Part shown: positions 35,737 through 44,579 of the stretch, piece after piece
How the letters are laid out: every line of letters starts with the position of its first letter
How positions within the stretch are numbered: position 1 is the stretch's first letter
Source: Candidatus Omnitrophota bacterium
Lineage (GTDB): Bacteria; Omnitrophota; Gorgyraeia; Zapsychrales; Fredricksoniimonadaceae
Direction: 5' to 3'
DNA length: 64,000 bases
Assembly: GCA_030650275.1 (NCBI GenBank)
Contig: JAUSEK010000005.1
Span: 39,307 to 103,306, forward strand
Position numbers and translations under genes: made by a program
The notes under the pieces: generated by a model
Told to the model about the DNA's origin: nothing
The model's input: the letters and a program-made list of their open reading frames with translations, nothing else
Databases searched by the model: none

Positions 35737-36226
35737 ATTGTTTTAAATACCCCAGCCTTTCTTTCAAATCCGTTACAAAAGTTATATCAGATCCAAATTT
35801 CTTCAAAAGAGCCGAATATTTATATTGGTTTGGGACCAATAACCTTTCCAATTTGCCGTTATTCTTTAGGTGTTCAATGAGGCAATGGAAATCTCCATCC
35901 CCTGTCACAACCACTGCTTTATCATAATTGTTCCATTCGATCATGGCATGAAGCACCAACTCCGCGTCAACGTTTCCCTTTACCCGACCGCCTTTAAGAT
36001 CAAGCGTGGGTTTGAAGACCAGAGCATATCCTTGCTGTTGAAGCGCTGTGTATAACGCTTGTTGTGCGGGTATGTAGCCGATGAACAGGAACGCTTTGCT
36101 AACTTTGTATTTATCTTTGAGATACCTGCAAAAGCGTTTGTAATCCAGTCGCCAGCCTTGGTCTTTGATGGATAGGTTCAGGTTTTGGCTGTCAATGAAA
36201 GCGTAATTGTTGAATAACTCCCCCAT
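35735..36226 (-). CDS. NYN/LabA-DUF88 (PIN-like) nuclease
   Basis: FIDSQNL, KGNVDAELV, VTGDGDF, YSALL acidic catalytic motifs. Confidence 0.92.
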   Translation of the reverse strand: MGELFNNYAFIDSQNLNLSIKDQGWRLDYKRFCRYLKDKYKVSKAFLFIGYIPAQQALYTALQQQGYALVFKPTLDLKGGRVKGNVDAELVLHAMIEWNNYDKAVVVTGDGDFHCLIEHLKNNGKLERLLVPNQYKYSALLKKFGSDITFVTDLKERLGYLKQ

Positions 36227-36395
36227 GGGCTGGCTCCTGCTTGGGCTGGTACTTCTGCGTTGGGGATACGCGGATTAGTATGAATACTACCGGCCCGGGG
36301 AAAGCCGATTTACAAACATGCATCAGTTCGGGGAAAACCAATGGCTTAAGATTACTACTTCTGGGGGTTTGGGGTCAAGCGATAAATCTTTTGCC

Positions 36396-37031
36396 CTATT
36401 TTTCTGAGTCCTTGATGAATTGACGGAAATTCTTGAAACTGTTAAAAGGAATATCCTTCACCAATCGATTAACAAGAAGTGCTGGGATAGACCCGCCGGG
36501 GTCGCTGTGTTGCTGGAAATAAATTTCTGTTTGACCGTCTGCCAAAGGCGTAAAACGCCAGACGGAATTGATCGCCTGCACGCGGACCATCCCCTTCTTC
36601 AAAGGAAGCTCATCAGGAAGGGCTTTGATGGAATAGCTGACCGCACCGTTTGTGTCCGATGATTTGCTGCGCCTGAATATAGAGTCCCTGTGCGCTACAG
36701 GCCAGGGCAGATCAAGTACGATATAAAGGACTTTGTCCTGCGGGCCTTCGTCCTTAAGCAGTCGGGCTTGCGTGCACTGATAATACCAGACAGGCAAGCC
36801 CTTTTCGTCTTCAAACAAGGCAACGATCTTGGCTAAAGGCGCGTCCACGATCATATCCCCCTTAAATTCAAGGATAGGAGAACCGTCAACCTTACGGGTA
36901 TAAACTGAAACTCCCTGATCATTGATCCTCAATTTCCAGGGGTTTTCGCCGGCATAAAGACCGCTGGAGAAAATAAAAAGAAACCCAATGATCAGGCACA
37001 TCCTCCTATTTCCAATCATCAGGCGGGCCAT
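36396..37031 (-). CDS. START-domain lipid-binding protein
   Basis: Signal peptide; W.....GV.VY, LPWPVAHRD, DPGGSIP. Confidence 0.85.
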   Translation of the reverse strand: MARLMIGNRRMCLIIGFLFIFSSGLYAGENPWKLRINDQGVSVYTRKVDGSPILEFKGDMIVDAPLAKIVALFEDEKGLPVWYYQCTQARLLKDEGPQDKVLYIVLDLPWPVAHRDSIFRRSKSSDTNGAVSYSIKALPDELPLKKGMVRVQAINSVWRFTPLADGQTEIYFQQHSDPGGSIPALLVNRLVKDIPFNSFKNFRQFIKDSEK

Positions 37032-37033
37032 CC

Positions 37034-37891
37034 TTATCGTTGATTAGCAAGCAATTCTTTATTCGTAGGATACTGCTGTAATTTATTAAACAAGAACTGG
37101 GCGGATTCCACCAGGCCTAATTGCGCCAAAGCGCGCCTTAGGGCCTCCACCTGTTTATACTCGCCGGCTTCCAATAAGATCTCTTGTTTGCGGGTGGCGC
37201 TTTTTTTAATATCAATGGCGGGAAAAATACGGTGATTGGCGATCTCCCTTGAAAGCACGATTTCCATATTTCCCGTGCCCTTGAATTCCTCAAAGATCAC
37301 TTCATCCATGCGGCTGCCTGTTTCGATCAATATCGTCGCCAATATGGTGAGCGAGCCCCCGTTCTCTATCTTACGGGCAGAGCCGAAAATACTGCGCGGC
37401 TTTTGAAGCGACCGCGCGTCCATGCCGCCGGACAGGGTCCTGCCACTTGATGCTTTTTGGGCATTGTGCACCCTGGCCAATCGTGTCAGGGAATCAATGA
37501 CGATCATCACGTTAGCGCCTGCCCCGGCTTCTTGATAGGCCTTGCTCATCAGGGCATCCGCGATCTCAATGTGATTTTCATAACTTTGGTCCGATGATGA
37601 CCAGTGGACTTCACCGGCCGCATTCCGCTTGAATTCCGTCACTTCCTCCGGGCGCTCATCGATCAGCAAACAATACAATTTGATGTCCGGATGGCCTTTG
37701 GCAATGGACTGGCAAATATGTTTCAAGAACGTTGTCTTGCCTGAACCCGGAGGCGCTACGATCAACCCCCGCTGGCCCATCCCGATCGGACAGATCAGGT
37801 CCATGGCCCGCATGGTGAATTCTTTGCTGCCGTCTTCCAGGCGGATCCGCGGTTGAGGGTCAATGGGGATGCCGGCTAAGAATCGCTGCAT
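37034..37891 (-). CDS. Transcription termination factor Rho, ATPase domain only
   Basis: [46 protein letters not shown]. Confidence 0.9.
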   Translation of the reverse strand: MQRFLAGIPIDPQPRIRLEDGSKEFTMRAMDLICPIGMGQRGLIVAPPGSGKTTFLKHICQSIAKGHPDIKLYCLLIDERPEEVTEFKRNAAGEVHWSSSDQSYENHIEIADALMSKAYQEAGAGANVMIVIDSLTRLARVHNAQKASSGRTLSGGMDARSLQKPRSIFGSARKIENGGSLTILATILIETGSRMDEVIFEEFKGTGNMEIVLSREIANHRIFPAIDIKKSATRKQEILLEAGEYKQVEALRRALAQLGLVESAQFLFNKLQQYPTNKELLANQR

Positions 37892-38235
37892 TTACGTGCG
37901 TAGTCGTCCTGGATGCGGATGATGTCGTCTTCGGTCAATTGCTCGCCGCAGGCCACTTCAATGAACACGAGTTTTTCATCTCCTGTATTGCCGATGCGAT
38001 GAACAGCACCAAGGGGAATATCAACCACCACTCCCGGCTTCACAGGGATCTCTTTTTGGTCAACAATGGCCAGCCCCTGCCCGGCCACAATGATCCATTT
38101 TTCGGACCTGTGCTGGTGTTTTTGCAAACTAAGCCGGGACTTGGGGTTGACCTCCACCCTTTTGACCCAAACTCCGGGTTCCTGGTGGAATTTGTGGTAT
38201 TGGCCCCAAGGCCTTTTGGATATTTCGCTGGTCAT
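37876..38235 (-). CDS. Mannose-6-phosphate isomerase type II C-terminal cupin
   Basis: RPWG, LSLQKHQHRSE.W, EDDIIR.QDDY. Confidence 0.9.
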   Translation of the reverse strand: MTSEISKRPWGQYHKFHQEPGVWVKRVEVNPKSRLSLQKHQHRSEKWIIVAGQGLAIVDQKEIPVKPGVVVDIPLGAVHRIGNTGDEKLVFIEVACGEQLTEDDIIRIQDDYARKCSDS

Positions 38236-39530
38236 GGCTTTGATTGTAAGAAAAATTTAAGGATTTGGCCAGATAAATGGTCCAAATTTTTGGCTGTGTG
38301 TTGGGTGGACACAAAAAATGCTTCCAGGTCAGCCGGCGGCCAGTAAATGCCGTTTTTAAGCAAATGATGGAATAATCTGGCGTAGGTCTTGTCCGATGAC
38401 GCGGTTTTGGCATCCGCGTAATTCTTGACAGATCCCCAACGGAAACGCATGCTCATCATGCTTTTGTAATGGCTCAAGTGCGCGTCGATCTCGTTGTCCG
38501 CGAGCATTTGATTGAGGTCATCCGCAAAACGTTCGCATTTGCTGTTGAGGTCTTTATAGACGGCTGGTGTCAGGTTTTTTAATACTGCAAGACCGGTGCG
38601 CATGACCACGGGGTTTCCGGAAAACGTGCCGGCCTGATAGACCGGCCCCAAAGGCGCCAAATGGCGCATGATGTCCTTGCGGCCGCCATAAGCTCCGACC
38701 GGGAATCCCCCGCCGATGATCTTGCCCAAGCAGGTCATGTCCGGGACAATGCCGAGATCCGCCTGCACTCCCCCTGAATTCGTACGAAAACCCGTCATCA
38801 CTTCATCAAAGATGAGCACAATGCCGTATTTTTTGGTCAGGGTCCGCAATGTTCTTAAGAAGGCCTTGTCCGGCACGATGACACCCATATTGCCGGCCAC
38901 CGGCTCAACAATGACGCAGGCAATGTTTTTCCAATGGCGTTCGATGACGATGCTCAATCCATTAATGTCGTTGTAAGGCAAACTAAAAGTATTTTGCACG
39001 TGGCTGGCTGGTATGCCGCGGCTGGACGATGCCGGTAAACCGGCAACCCCTGAACCGGCCGTGGTCAAAAGGTCATCGCAATGGCCGTGATAACAGCCGT
39101 CAAATTTGACCACCTTGTCGCGGCCGGTGAACCCGCGCGCCAGACGAATGGCGCTCATGGCGGCTTCGGTGCCGGAATTGACAAAACGCACCATGTCAAC
39201 CGACGGCACGTGTTTGGTGATGAATTGGGCGATCTCAACTTCGGGCTTGGTGGTGGTGCCGAAACTACTGCCGTAGCCAATACCGGTTTTGGTGGCCTTG
39301 AAGGCCTGTGGATGATTGTGACCTAAAATAAGAGCACCCCAGGACAGGCAGTAATCCGTATAGGCATTTTTGTCTACATCAAAAATACGTGCTCCACTGC
39401 CATGGTCGGTCACAAAAGGATTGCCGCCCACGGCTTTGAACGCACGCACAGGGCTGTTCACCCCACCGACCATGACCCGGCTTGCTTGAGCAAATATTTT
39501 AGAGGAATTTTTGAAGGACATCTTTGGCAT
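38232..39530 (-). CDS. hemL: Glutamate-1-semialdehyde 2,1-aminomutase
   Basis: GGVNSPVRAF, NSGTEA, FDEVMTGFR, GKIIGGG, YQAGTFSGNP. Confidence 0.96.
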   Translation of the reverse strand: MPKMSFKNSSKIFAQASRVMVGGVNSPVRAFKAVGGNPFVTDHGSGARIFDVDKNAYTDYCLSWGALILGHNHPQAFKATKTGIGYGSSFGTTTKPEVEIAQFITKHVPSVDMVRFVNSGTEAAMSAIRLARGFTGRDKVVKFDGCYHGHCDDLLTTAGSGVAGLPASSSRGIPASHVQNTFSLPYNDINGLSIVIERHWKNIACVIVEPVAGNMGVIVPDKAFLRTLRTLTKKYGIVLIFDEVMTGFRTNSGGVQADLGIVPDMTCLGKIIGGGFPVGAYGGRKDIMRHLAPLGPVYQAGTFSGNPVVMRTGLAVLKNLTPAVYKDLNSKCERFADDLNQMLADNEIDAHLSHYKSMMSMRFRWGSVKNYADAKTASSDKTYARLFHHLLKNGIYWPPADLEAFFVSTQHTAKNLDHLSGQILKFFLQSKP

Positions 39531-40491
39531 GATAACTGATGATGATATCCGCGCCGGCGCGTTTCATGCCGGTTAGGATTTCAAGGACTAGTGCTTTTTC
39601 ATCCACCCAACTGTTTTTTCCGCCGGAGGCGGATCCGCCTTTGGCGGAAGCCGCGGCTTTGACCATGCTGTATTCCCCGCTGACATTGTAGGCCACGATT
39701 GGCACGGTCAATTCCCGACGGAGCAAGGACACGATGTCCAGATAGGCCAAGGCGGGTTTGACCATGACCATGTCCGCGCCTTCCTTGATGTCCTGGCGGG
39801 CTTCCTTGAGCGCTTCGCGGCTGTTGGTCGGGTCCATTTGATAGGTTTTGCGGTCGCCGAATTCCGGGGCCGAGTGGGCCGCGTCCCGGAAAGGCCCATA
39901 AAACGCTGAAGCGTATTTGGCGGCGTAAGACAAAATGCAGGTGTCCACCAGCCCGGCTTTTTCCAATTTGTTGCGGATCGCGGCAATGCGAAAGTCCATC
40001 ATATCAGACGGTGCCACAATGTCCGCGCCGGCCTGGGCATGCACCAAGGCGGACTGGGCCAGAATGGGCAGGGTTTTGTCGTTGTCTATTTTTCCATTCT
40101 GCACAATGCCGCAATGGCCATGGCTCATATAACTGCACAAACACACATCAGTGATGACCAAAAAGTCAGGGAAATGTTTTTTAATGGCTTTGACGGCCTG
40201 GGGCACAATGCCTTTGGGGTCCACGGCCGAGGCGGCTTTTAAATCTTTTTGGGAAGGAATACCGAAGAAAAGGCCTGCCTTGCCCCCTGCCTTGACATAC
40301 GCGTCAAGTTCTTTGAGCAAAAGGTCCTTGGAAAAGCGGTGAATGCCGGGCATGGCATCAATGGCCTGTTTCTTGCCTTTGCCTTCAATGACAAAGAACG
40401 GCTGAACAAGATCATGGCTGGTCAAAGCCGTCTCTGCCGTCATTTTTCTTAATGTTTTGAACGCGCGCAGACGCCGGAAGCGATTATTCAT
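39499..40491 (-). CDS. hemB: Porphobilinogen synthase
   Basis: DVCLCSYMSHGHCG, APSDMMD, FYGPFRDA, MVKP, YNVSGEY. Confidence 0.97.
   Translation of the reverse strand: MNNRFRRLRAFKTLRKMTAETALTSHDLVQPFFVIEGKGKKQAIDAMPGIHRFSKDLLLKELDAYVKAGGKAGLFFGIPSQKDLKAASAVDPKGIVPQAVKAIKKHFPDFLVITDVCLCSYMSHGHCGIVQNGKIDNDKTLPILAQSALVHAQAGADIVAPSDMMDFRIAAIRNKLEKAGLVDTCILSYAAKYASAFYGPFRDAAHSAPEFGDRKTYQMDPTNSREALKEARQDIKEGADMVMVKPALAYLDIVSLLRRELTVPIVAYNVSGEYSMVKAAASAKGGSASGGKNSWVDEKALVLEILTGMKRAGADIIISYHAKDVLQKFL
39619..39648. repeat. 30-bp palindrome inserted in-frame in hemB
   Basis: TCCGCC-GG-AGGCGGATCCGCCT-TT-GGCGGA, encoding SAKGGSASGG. Confidence 0.8.
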
Positions 40492-40493
40492 AA

Positions 40494-42518
40494 TCAGGTC
40501 AGCAAGGTTGTTGGTTCATAGCCGGCCTCTTTGAGGGCCTTGGCTGTGACCGGGCCTTTGGCCAAAATGTCCCAATGAGCCGGTATTGTACCATAATCGG
40601 CGAGGAAATTCTTCACTGTTGAAGGGCTGGTGAAGATCACCTGGTCAATGGGGACGGCCGGCAGGTCCCGTTTGGGTGGTTTTACATTTTCATAAACAGC
40701 CCATTCCATGACCTCGGCCCCGTTTTCGGTCAAAGCGTCTTTCAAGAAAGGATTGGGCAAAGATGAACGCGGAAAAAGAATGTGTTTGCCTTTGACGTCC
40801 ATGACGTCCAGCAAGGCCTCTAACAGCCCTTGGGCGGTTTCCTCTTGGGCCACAATAAACGGGATGATGCCGTATTCCAAAAGGCAATCCGAGGTGTGGG
40901 ACCCGATGGCGGCAAATTTTTTGCCGGCAAACGCGTCTCCTTTAATGGTTTTCATAAAACATTCAACACCAAAACGGCTGGTCACAACCACAAGATCGGC
41001 ACGGGCGAGATCTTTTTCAAGTTTATTCCTCTGCTTTTCATCAAAAATGACAGGTTTGATGTCAATGACCGGCCAATGGATGATGGTGCCGAATTTGCGG
41101 TAATACGACGGGTTTGTGCCCAGATATAGGATATTTTTGCCCGGAACATCCTGATAAAAATTTACCGTTGCCCCGGCGATGATCAAAGCCGGCGGCTTCA
41201 GGCCGGACTTTTTAGCCGCGGTTTCAATGTTTGCCAATGTCCCTTTGACAATACGCTCGTCGGGACGGGTGCCTTTGCTGATGATCATGATGGGTGTTGT
41301 GTCCGGCCATTTTGCTTTTTTAAGGGATGTGACGATCATATCCAGTTTGGTCAGCCCCATTAAAAAGATAATGGTGTCCACCTTGGGGATGGGGATGGGT
41401 TTTGTATGGGTGGCGCCCTCACCTTCCTCATGGCCGCTGATGAACGCCACGGACGAGGCAATGCCGCGGGCGGTCAAGGGCACCATGAGGTCCGCCGGGA
41501 TGCCGGTGGCGGAACTGATACCGGGGATAACCGAGACAGGGACATGATAAGAACGCAGATACGTTATTTCATCCGCCCCCCTGCCGAAAACCAGCGGGTC
41601 CCCGCCTTTGAGCCGCACAACATTTTTGCCGGCCATGGCTTTTTCCTTGAGCATGCGGGACAATTCTTCCTGGGAGAATGTGTGCTTGCCTTTGCGTTTT
41701 CCGGCATAAATGTGTTCAGCTTGGGGGGCGTAATTCAATAATCGCGTGTCCGCCAGATAATCATAGAAAACGCAATCCGCTTTTTTCAAGGCCTTGATGG
41801 CTTTGACCGTGATCAGGTCCGGGTCCCCGGGGCCTGCACCAGCGAGAATAACCTTGCCGTATCTGGTCCGCACGTCAATGGCCTTGAAAAGGTTGCGCAG
41901 GGCCGTGTCCTTGGCCCTTCCCACCACAGCCAATTGTCCCTGTAAAGCCATGCCTTCCCACGGGAATATGTCTTTGATCTTTTTTTCAAGGCCAAGGCGT
42001 TTCAGGGCGCAGGCGGCAACGACGATGCCGTCTACCTTACCCTGCTTGACCAACTCTATGCGTTCTTCAATGGTGCCGCGGATGTCAACGATATGAACGT
42101 CGGGACGTAACTCTTTGATCTGTTTTTGACGCAGGATACTGCTGGTGCCGACCTTTGTACCTTTCGGCAGGTCCGCGAACGCGCGCAAGCCCACCCAGGC
42201 ATCACGGTCATCCAGCGTTTCAGTTAAAGCAAAAATTTCCAGTCCGGCAGGAATATGCTGCGGCAGGTCTTTGGCGCTGTGCACGGCGATGTCAATGTCG
42301 CCTTTTAAAAGCGCCTGGTCCAGGGTGTCTGTAAAAAAATCATCCCCGGGCTGGCGCGTCAAGGATGTTTTCTTGTCACGGTCACCAGCGGTTGTGTATG
42401 TGATCAATTGGTATTGTAGAGACGCAGAATTCTGCGCCTCTACGAGACGGACGATTTCCTTAACCTGGGCCAGAGCCAAACGGCTGGAGCGCGACCCGAT
42501 CTTAAGAGACGATTTCAT
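40494..42518 (-). CDS. HemC-CobA(SUMT)-HemD triple fusion
   Basis: GSRSSRLALAQ / VHSAKDLP; GAGPGDPDLIT / RLKGGDP; FPRS / FTSPSTV. Confidence 0.92.
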   Translation of the reverse strand: MKSSLKIGSRSSRLALAQVKEIVRLVEAQNSASLQYQLITYTTAGDRDKKTSLTRQPGDDFFTDTLDQALLKGDIDIAVHSAKDLPQHIPAGLEIFALTETLDDRDAWVGLRAFADLPKGTKVGTSSILRQKQIKELRPDVHIVDIRGTIEERIELVKQGKVDGIVVAACALKRLGLEKKIKDIFPWEGMALQGQLAVVGRAKDTALRNLFKAIDVRTRYGKVILAGAGPGDPDLITVKAIKALKKADCVFYDYLADTRLLNYAPQAEHIYAGKRKGKHTFSQEELSRMLKEKAMAGKNVVRLKGGDPLVFGRGADEITYLRSYHVPVSVIPGISSATGIPADLMVPLTARGIASSVAFISGHEEGEGATHTKPIPIPKVDTIIFLMGLTKLDMIVTSLKKAKWPDTTPIMIISKGTRPDERIVKGTLANIETAAKKSGLKPPALIIAGATVNFYQDVPGKNILYLGTNPSYYRKFGTIIHWPVIDIKPVIFDEKQRNKLEKDLARADLVVVTSRFGVECFMKTIKGDAFAGKKFAAIGSHTSDCLLEYGIIPFIVAQEETAQGLLEALLDVMDVKGKHILFPRSSLPNPFLKDALTENGAEVMEWAVYENVKPPKRDLPAVPIDQVIFTSPSTVKNFLADYGTIPAHWDILAKGPVTAKALKEAGYEPTTLLT

Positions 42519-42542
42519 GGGGACTATTATAGGGGAAGCGGA

Positions 42543-44579
42543 CTACTTTTTCATCAATTCTTTGATGGCGGGAAGGTGTTTGAGGGCGGCCTGTTCGCCG
42601 GCTTTGATGAGCTGGTCAACTTTGTAGAGCTCAAACCACTGGATGCCGCGCAAATCCGGATGGATGACCACGTCGGCCTGTTTGGCGCATTCTTCGGCGA
42701 TGACGTATTCGCTGGCCTGCAGGGTGCGCACGATGATGTCGGGAATGTTGGGCGTGAATGGTTTGACCAGCAAATTCCCCAGACGGAAACTCAAATAGTG
42801 CCAGGGATGTTTGAGAAACGGCACCCGCGCGCGTCTTTTGAATTCCTCTTTTTTCTGGTCGTAGCCCCAGGAAACCTCCTGCGGGGACTGCAGAACATTG
42901 ACCGCGATGATCTTTTTGACGCCCATGTCCACCAGCACATTGGTCGGCAAAGGGTTGAGGACGCCGCCGTCAATGATCATCCTGTCCTCTTCCATGACAG
43001 GCGGGATCACGCCCGGGATGGTGATGCTCCGGCGCACGGCCTCGATCAACTCCCCCTGGTCAATGATGATCTCCTGGCGGTGGAACAGGTCATACGCCAC
43101 GACCTTTAAGGGGATCCTGGTATGATGAAAAGTTTGATCACGGAGTTTGCCTTTAAGCCACTGGACGATCCCGTATCCGCTCATCAGGCCCGCCATGGGC
43201 ATTAGGGGACGGTACAATTTGATCATGATGGCAGATATTTTTTCAAATTCACGTCCGCATTTCTCTATGCCCTGGCCGTCATAACCGGCGGCCCAAAGGC
43301 TGGCCAACAACGCTCCCATACTACTGCCGACCACCACGTCAACGGTGATGTTTTCCTGTTCCAAAATTTTGATGACGCCGATATGGGCCAGACCCAAAGC
43401 CGCCCCGCCGCCCAAAACAAGCCCCACCAAAGACCCGCTGATCTGACGGGCCAAACGCCGTATTTTAAACCCGTATTCGCTGGAAGGGTCCGCGGCGATC
43501 ATGGAAATGCCTTCATTGACTTGCAAGGTGTTGAATTCTTCGGGTTTTAAATGCGGCAGAAAAAGGAAAATGTCGTAATTGAGGAGTTTTTTGATCTCTT
43601 CCGGAGGCAGTTCAAATTTTTCCTGCACTCCGCTGATAATGATCTGGACCTTATCGGGCTGGAATTTATCTTTGAGGGACTCACTCAAATGGTCAATGAC
43701 CTCGCGGGTCATTTCCAGGTCTTTTTCGCGGCTCATGGCCACCAAATGCACCACATCTGACTGGGTCAATGTTTTCATGACCACATCGTCCATTTCATTA
43801 GGCAAGTCCACGACGACATAATTATAGTCATTGGCCGGCGCGCTGACGAATTGGCTGATGCGGTTGACCAAGGCCGGGGTGCCCGAATCAAATTTGACGT
43901 AAAGAAGGTCCACCGGCGCTTTGTCTTTCACAATGGCGTTCATGATCTTATCATGATCATTAATGATGTCAGACAGGTTGATCAAAGGTTCGCGGGGGTC
44001 CGAGGACAAGCTTAAGAGAAGGACTTTCTTATGAGTTTGTGATTTCAGGGAAAAGGCGATATTAGCGGCATAGGTGGAAGAGCCGGATCCCTTTAAAGGC
44101 GAATACACCGCGATGATGGTGCTTTCCTGCGAATCCTTGGTGTGGGTAACGTGTCTGCGGATACGCCGGGACAAACTTTGGCTTAAGGCCATGGCCAGCC
44201 GCGGAGTGACTTTGAGAAGCTCGGCGAAATCCGTTTTTTCTATCTTAAGGACCACCGAGTCATTGATGGCCTCATAAGTGTGCGAATGGTTCTCCCCTGT
44301 CAGCGTTGAGATGACGCCGAAATGCATGCCGCGCAAAAGGAAATCCACTTCTTCTTTTTGGCCCGCGGGGTTTAAGGCGTAGGAATACACGCGGCCGGAA
44401 ATAATGACGTAAAAAGCGTCCGCCGGGTCACCTTGTTTGCAGAGGATGTCCCCTTTGCAAAACTCAACAAGGCCGGCCTGGCGGGAAATGCGATTCAACT
44501 CAAACCAGTTGAGCCCTTCAAAAAGGGGGATCTGTTTGAGAATAGCGCGTTTATTAAAAAATGACGGAAGCGCGGTCAT
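42543..44579 (-). CDS. cNMP-binding, ParA/CpaE-like and patatin phospholipase domain protein
   Basis: IPLF..L and GDILCKQGD cNMP fold; IAVYSPLKGSGSST; GGGAALG, GSSMG, DGG. Confidence 0.85.
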   Translation of the reverse strand: MTALPSFFNKRAILKQIPLFEGLNWFELNRISRQAGLVEFCKGDILCKQGDPADAFYVIISGRVYSYALNPAGQKEEVDFLLRGMHFGVISTLTGENHSHTYEAINDSVVLKIEKTDFAELLKVTPRLAMALSQSLSRRIRRHVTHTKDSQESTIIAVYSPLKGSGSSTYAANIAFSLKSQTHKKVLLLSLSSDPREPLINLSDIINDHDKIMNAIVKDKAPVDLLYVKFDSGTPALVNRISQFVSAPANDYNYVVVDLPNEMDDVVMKTLTQSDVVHLVAMSREKDLEMTREVIDHLSESLKDKFQPDKVQIIISGVQEKFELPPEEIKKLLNYDIFLFLPHLKPEEFNTLQVNEGISMIAADPSSEYGFKIRRLARQISGSLVGLVLGGGAALGLAHIGVIKILEQENITVDVVVGSSMGALLASLWAAGYDGQGIEKCGREFEKISAIMIKLYRPLMPMAGLMSGYGIVQWLKGKLRDQTFHHTRIPLKVVAYDLFHRQEIIIDQGELIEAVRRSITIPGVIPPVMEEDRMIIDGGVLNPLPTNVLVDMGVKKIIAVNVLQSPQEVSWGYDQKKEEFKRRARVPFLKHPWHYLSFRLGNLLVKPFTPNIPDIIVRTLQASEYVIAEECAKQADVVIHPDLRGIQWFELYKVDQLIKAGEQAALKHLPAIKELMKK

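Noticed and set aside
35676-35927. Short + strand ORFs after the 35643 promoter
   Set aside because: Antisense to NYN, run through a hairpin plus U-tract, and have no protein-like features
42543-44579. Patatin as a CBASS/Pycsar effector
   Set aside because: No cyclase nearby, core-like composition and metabolic context
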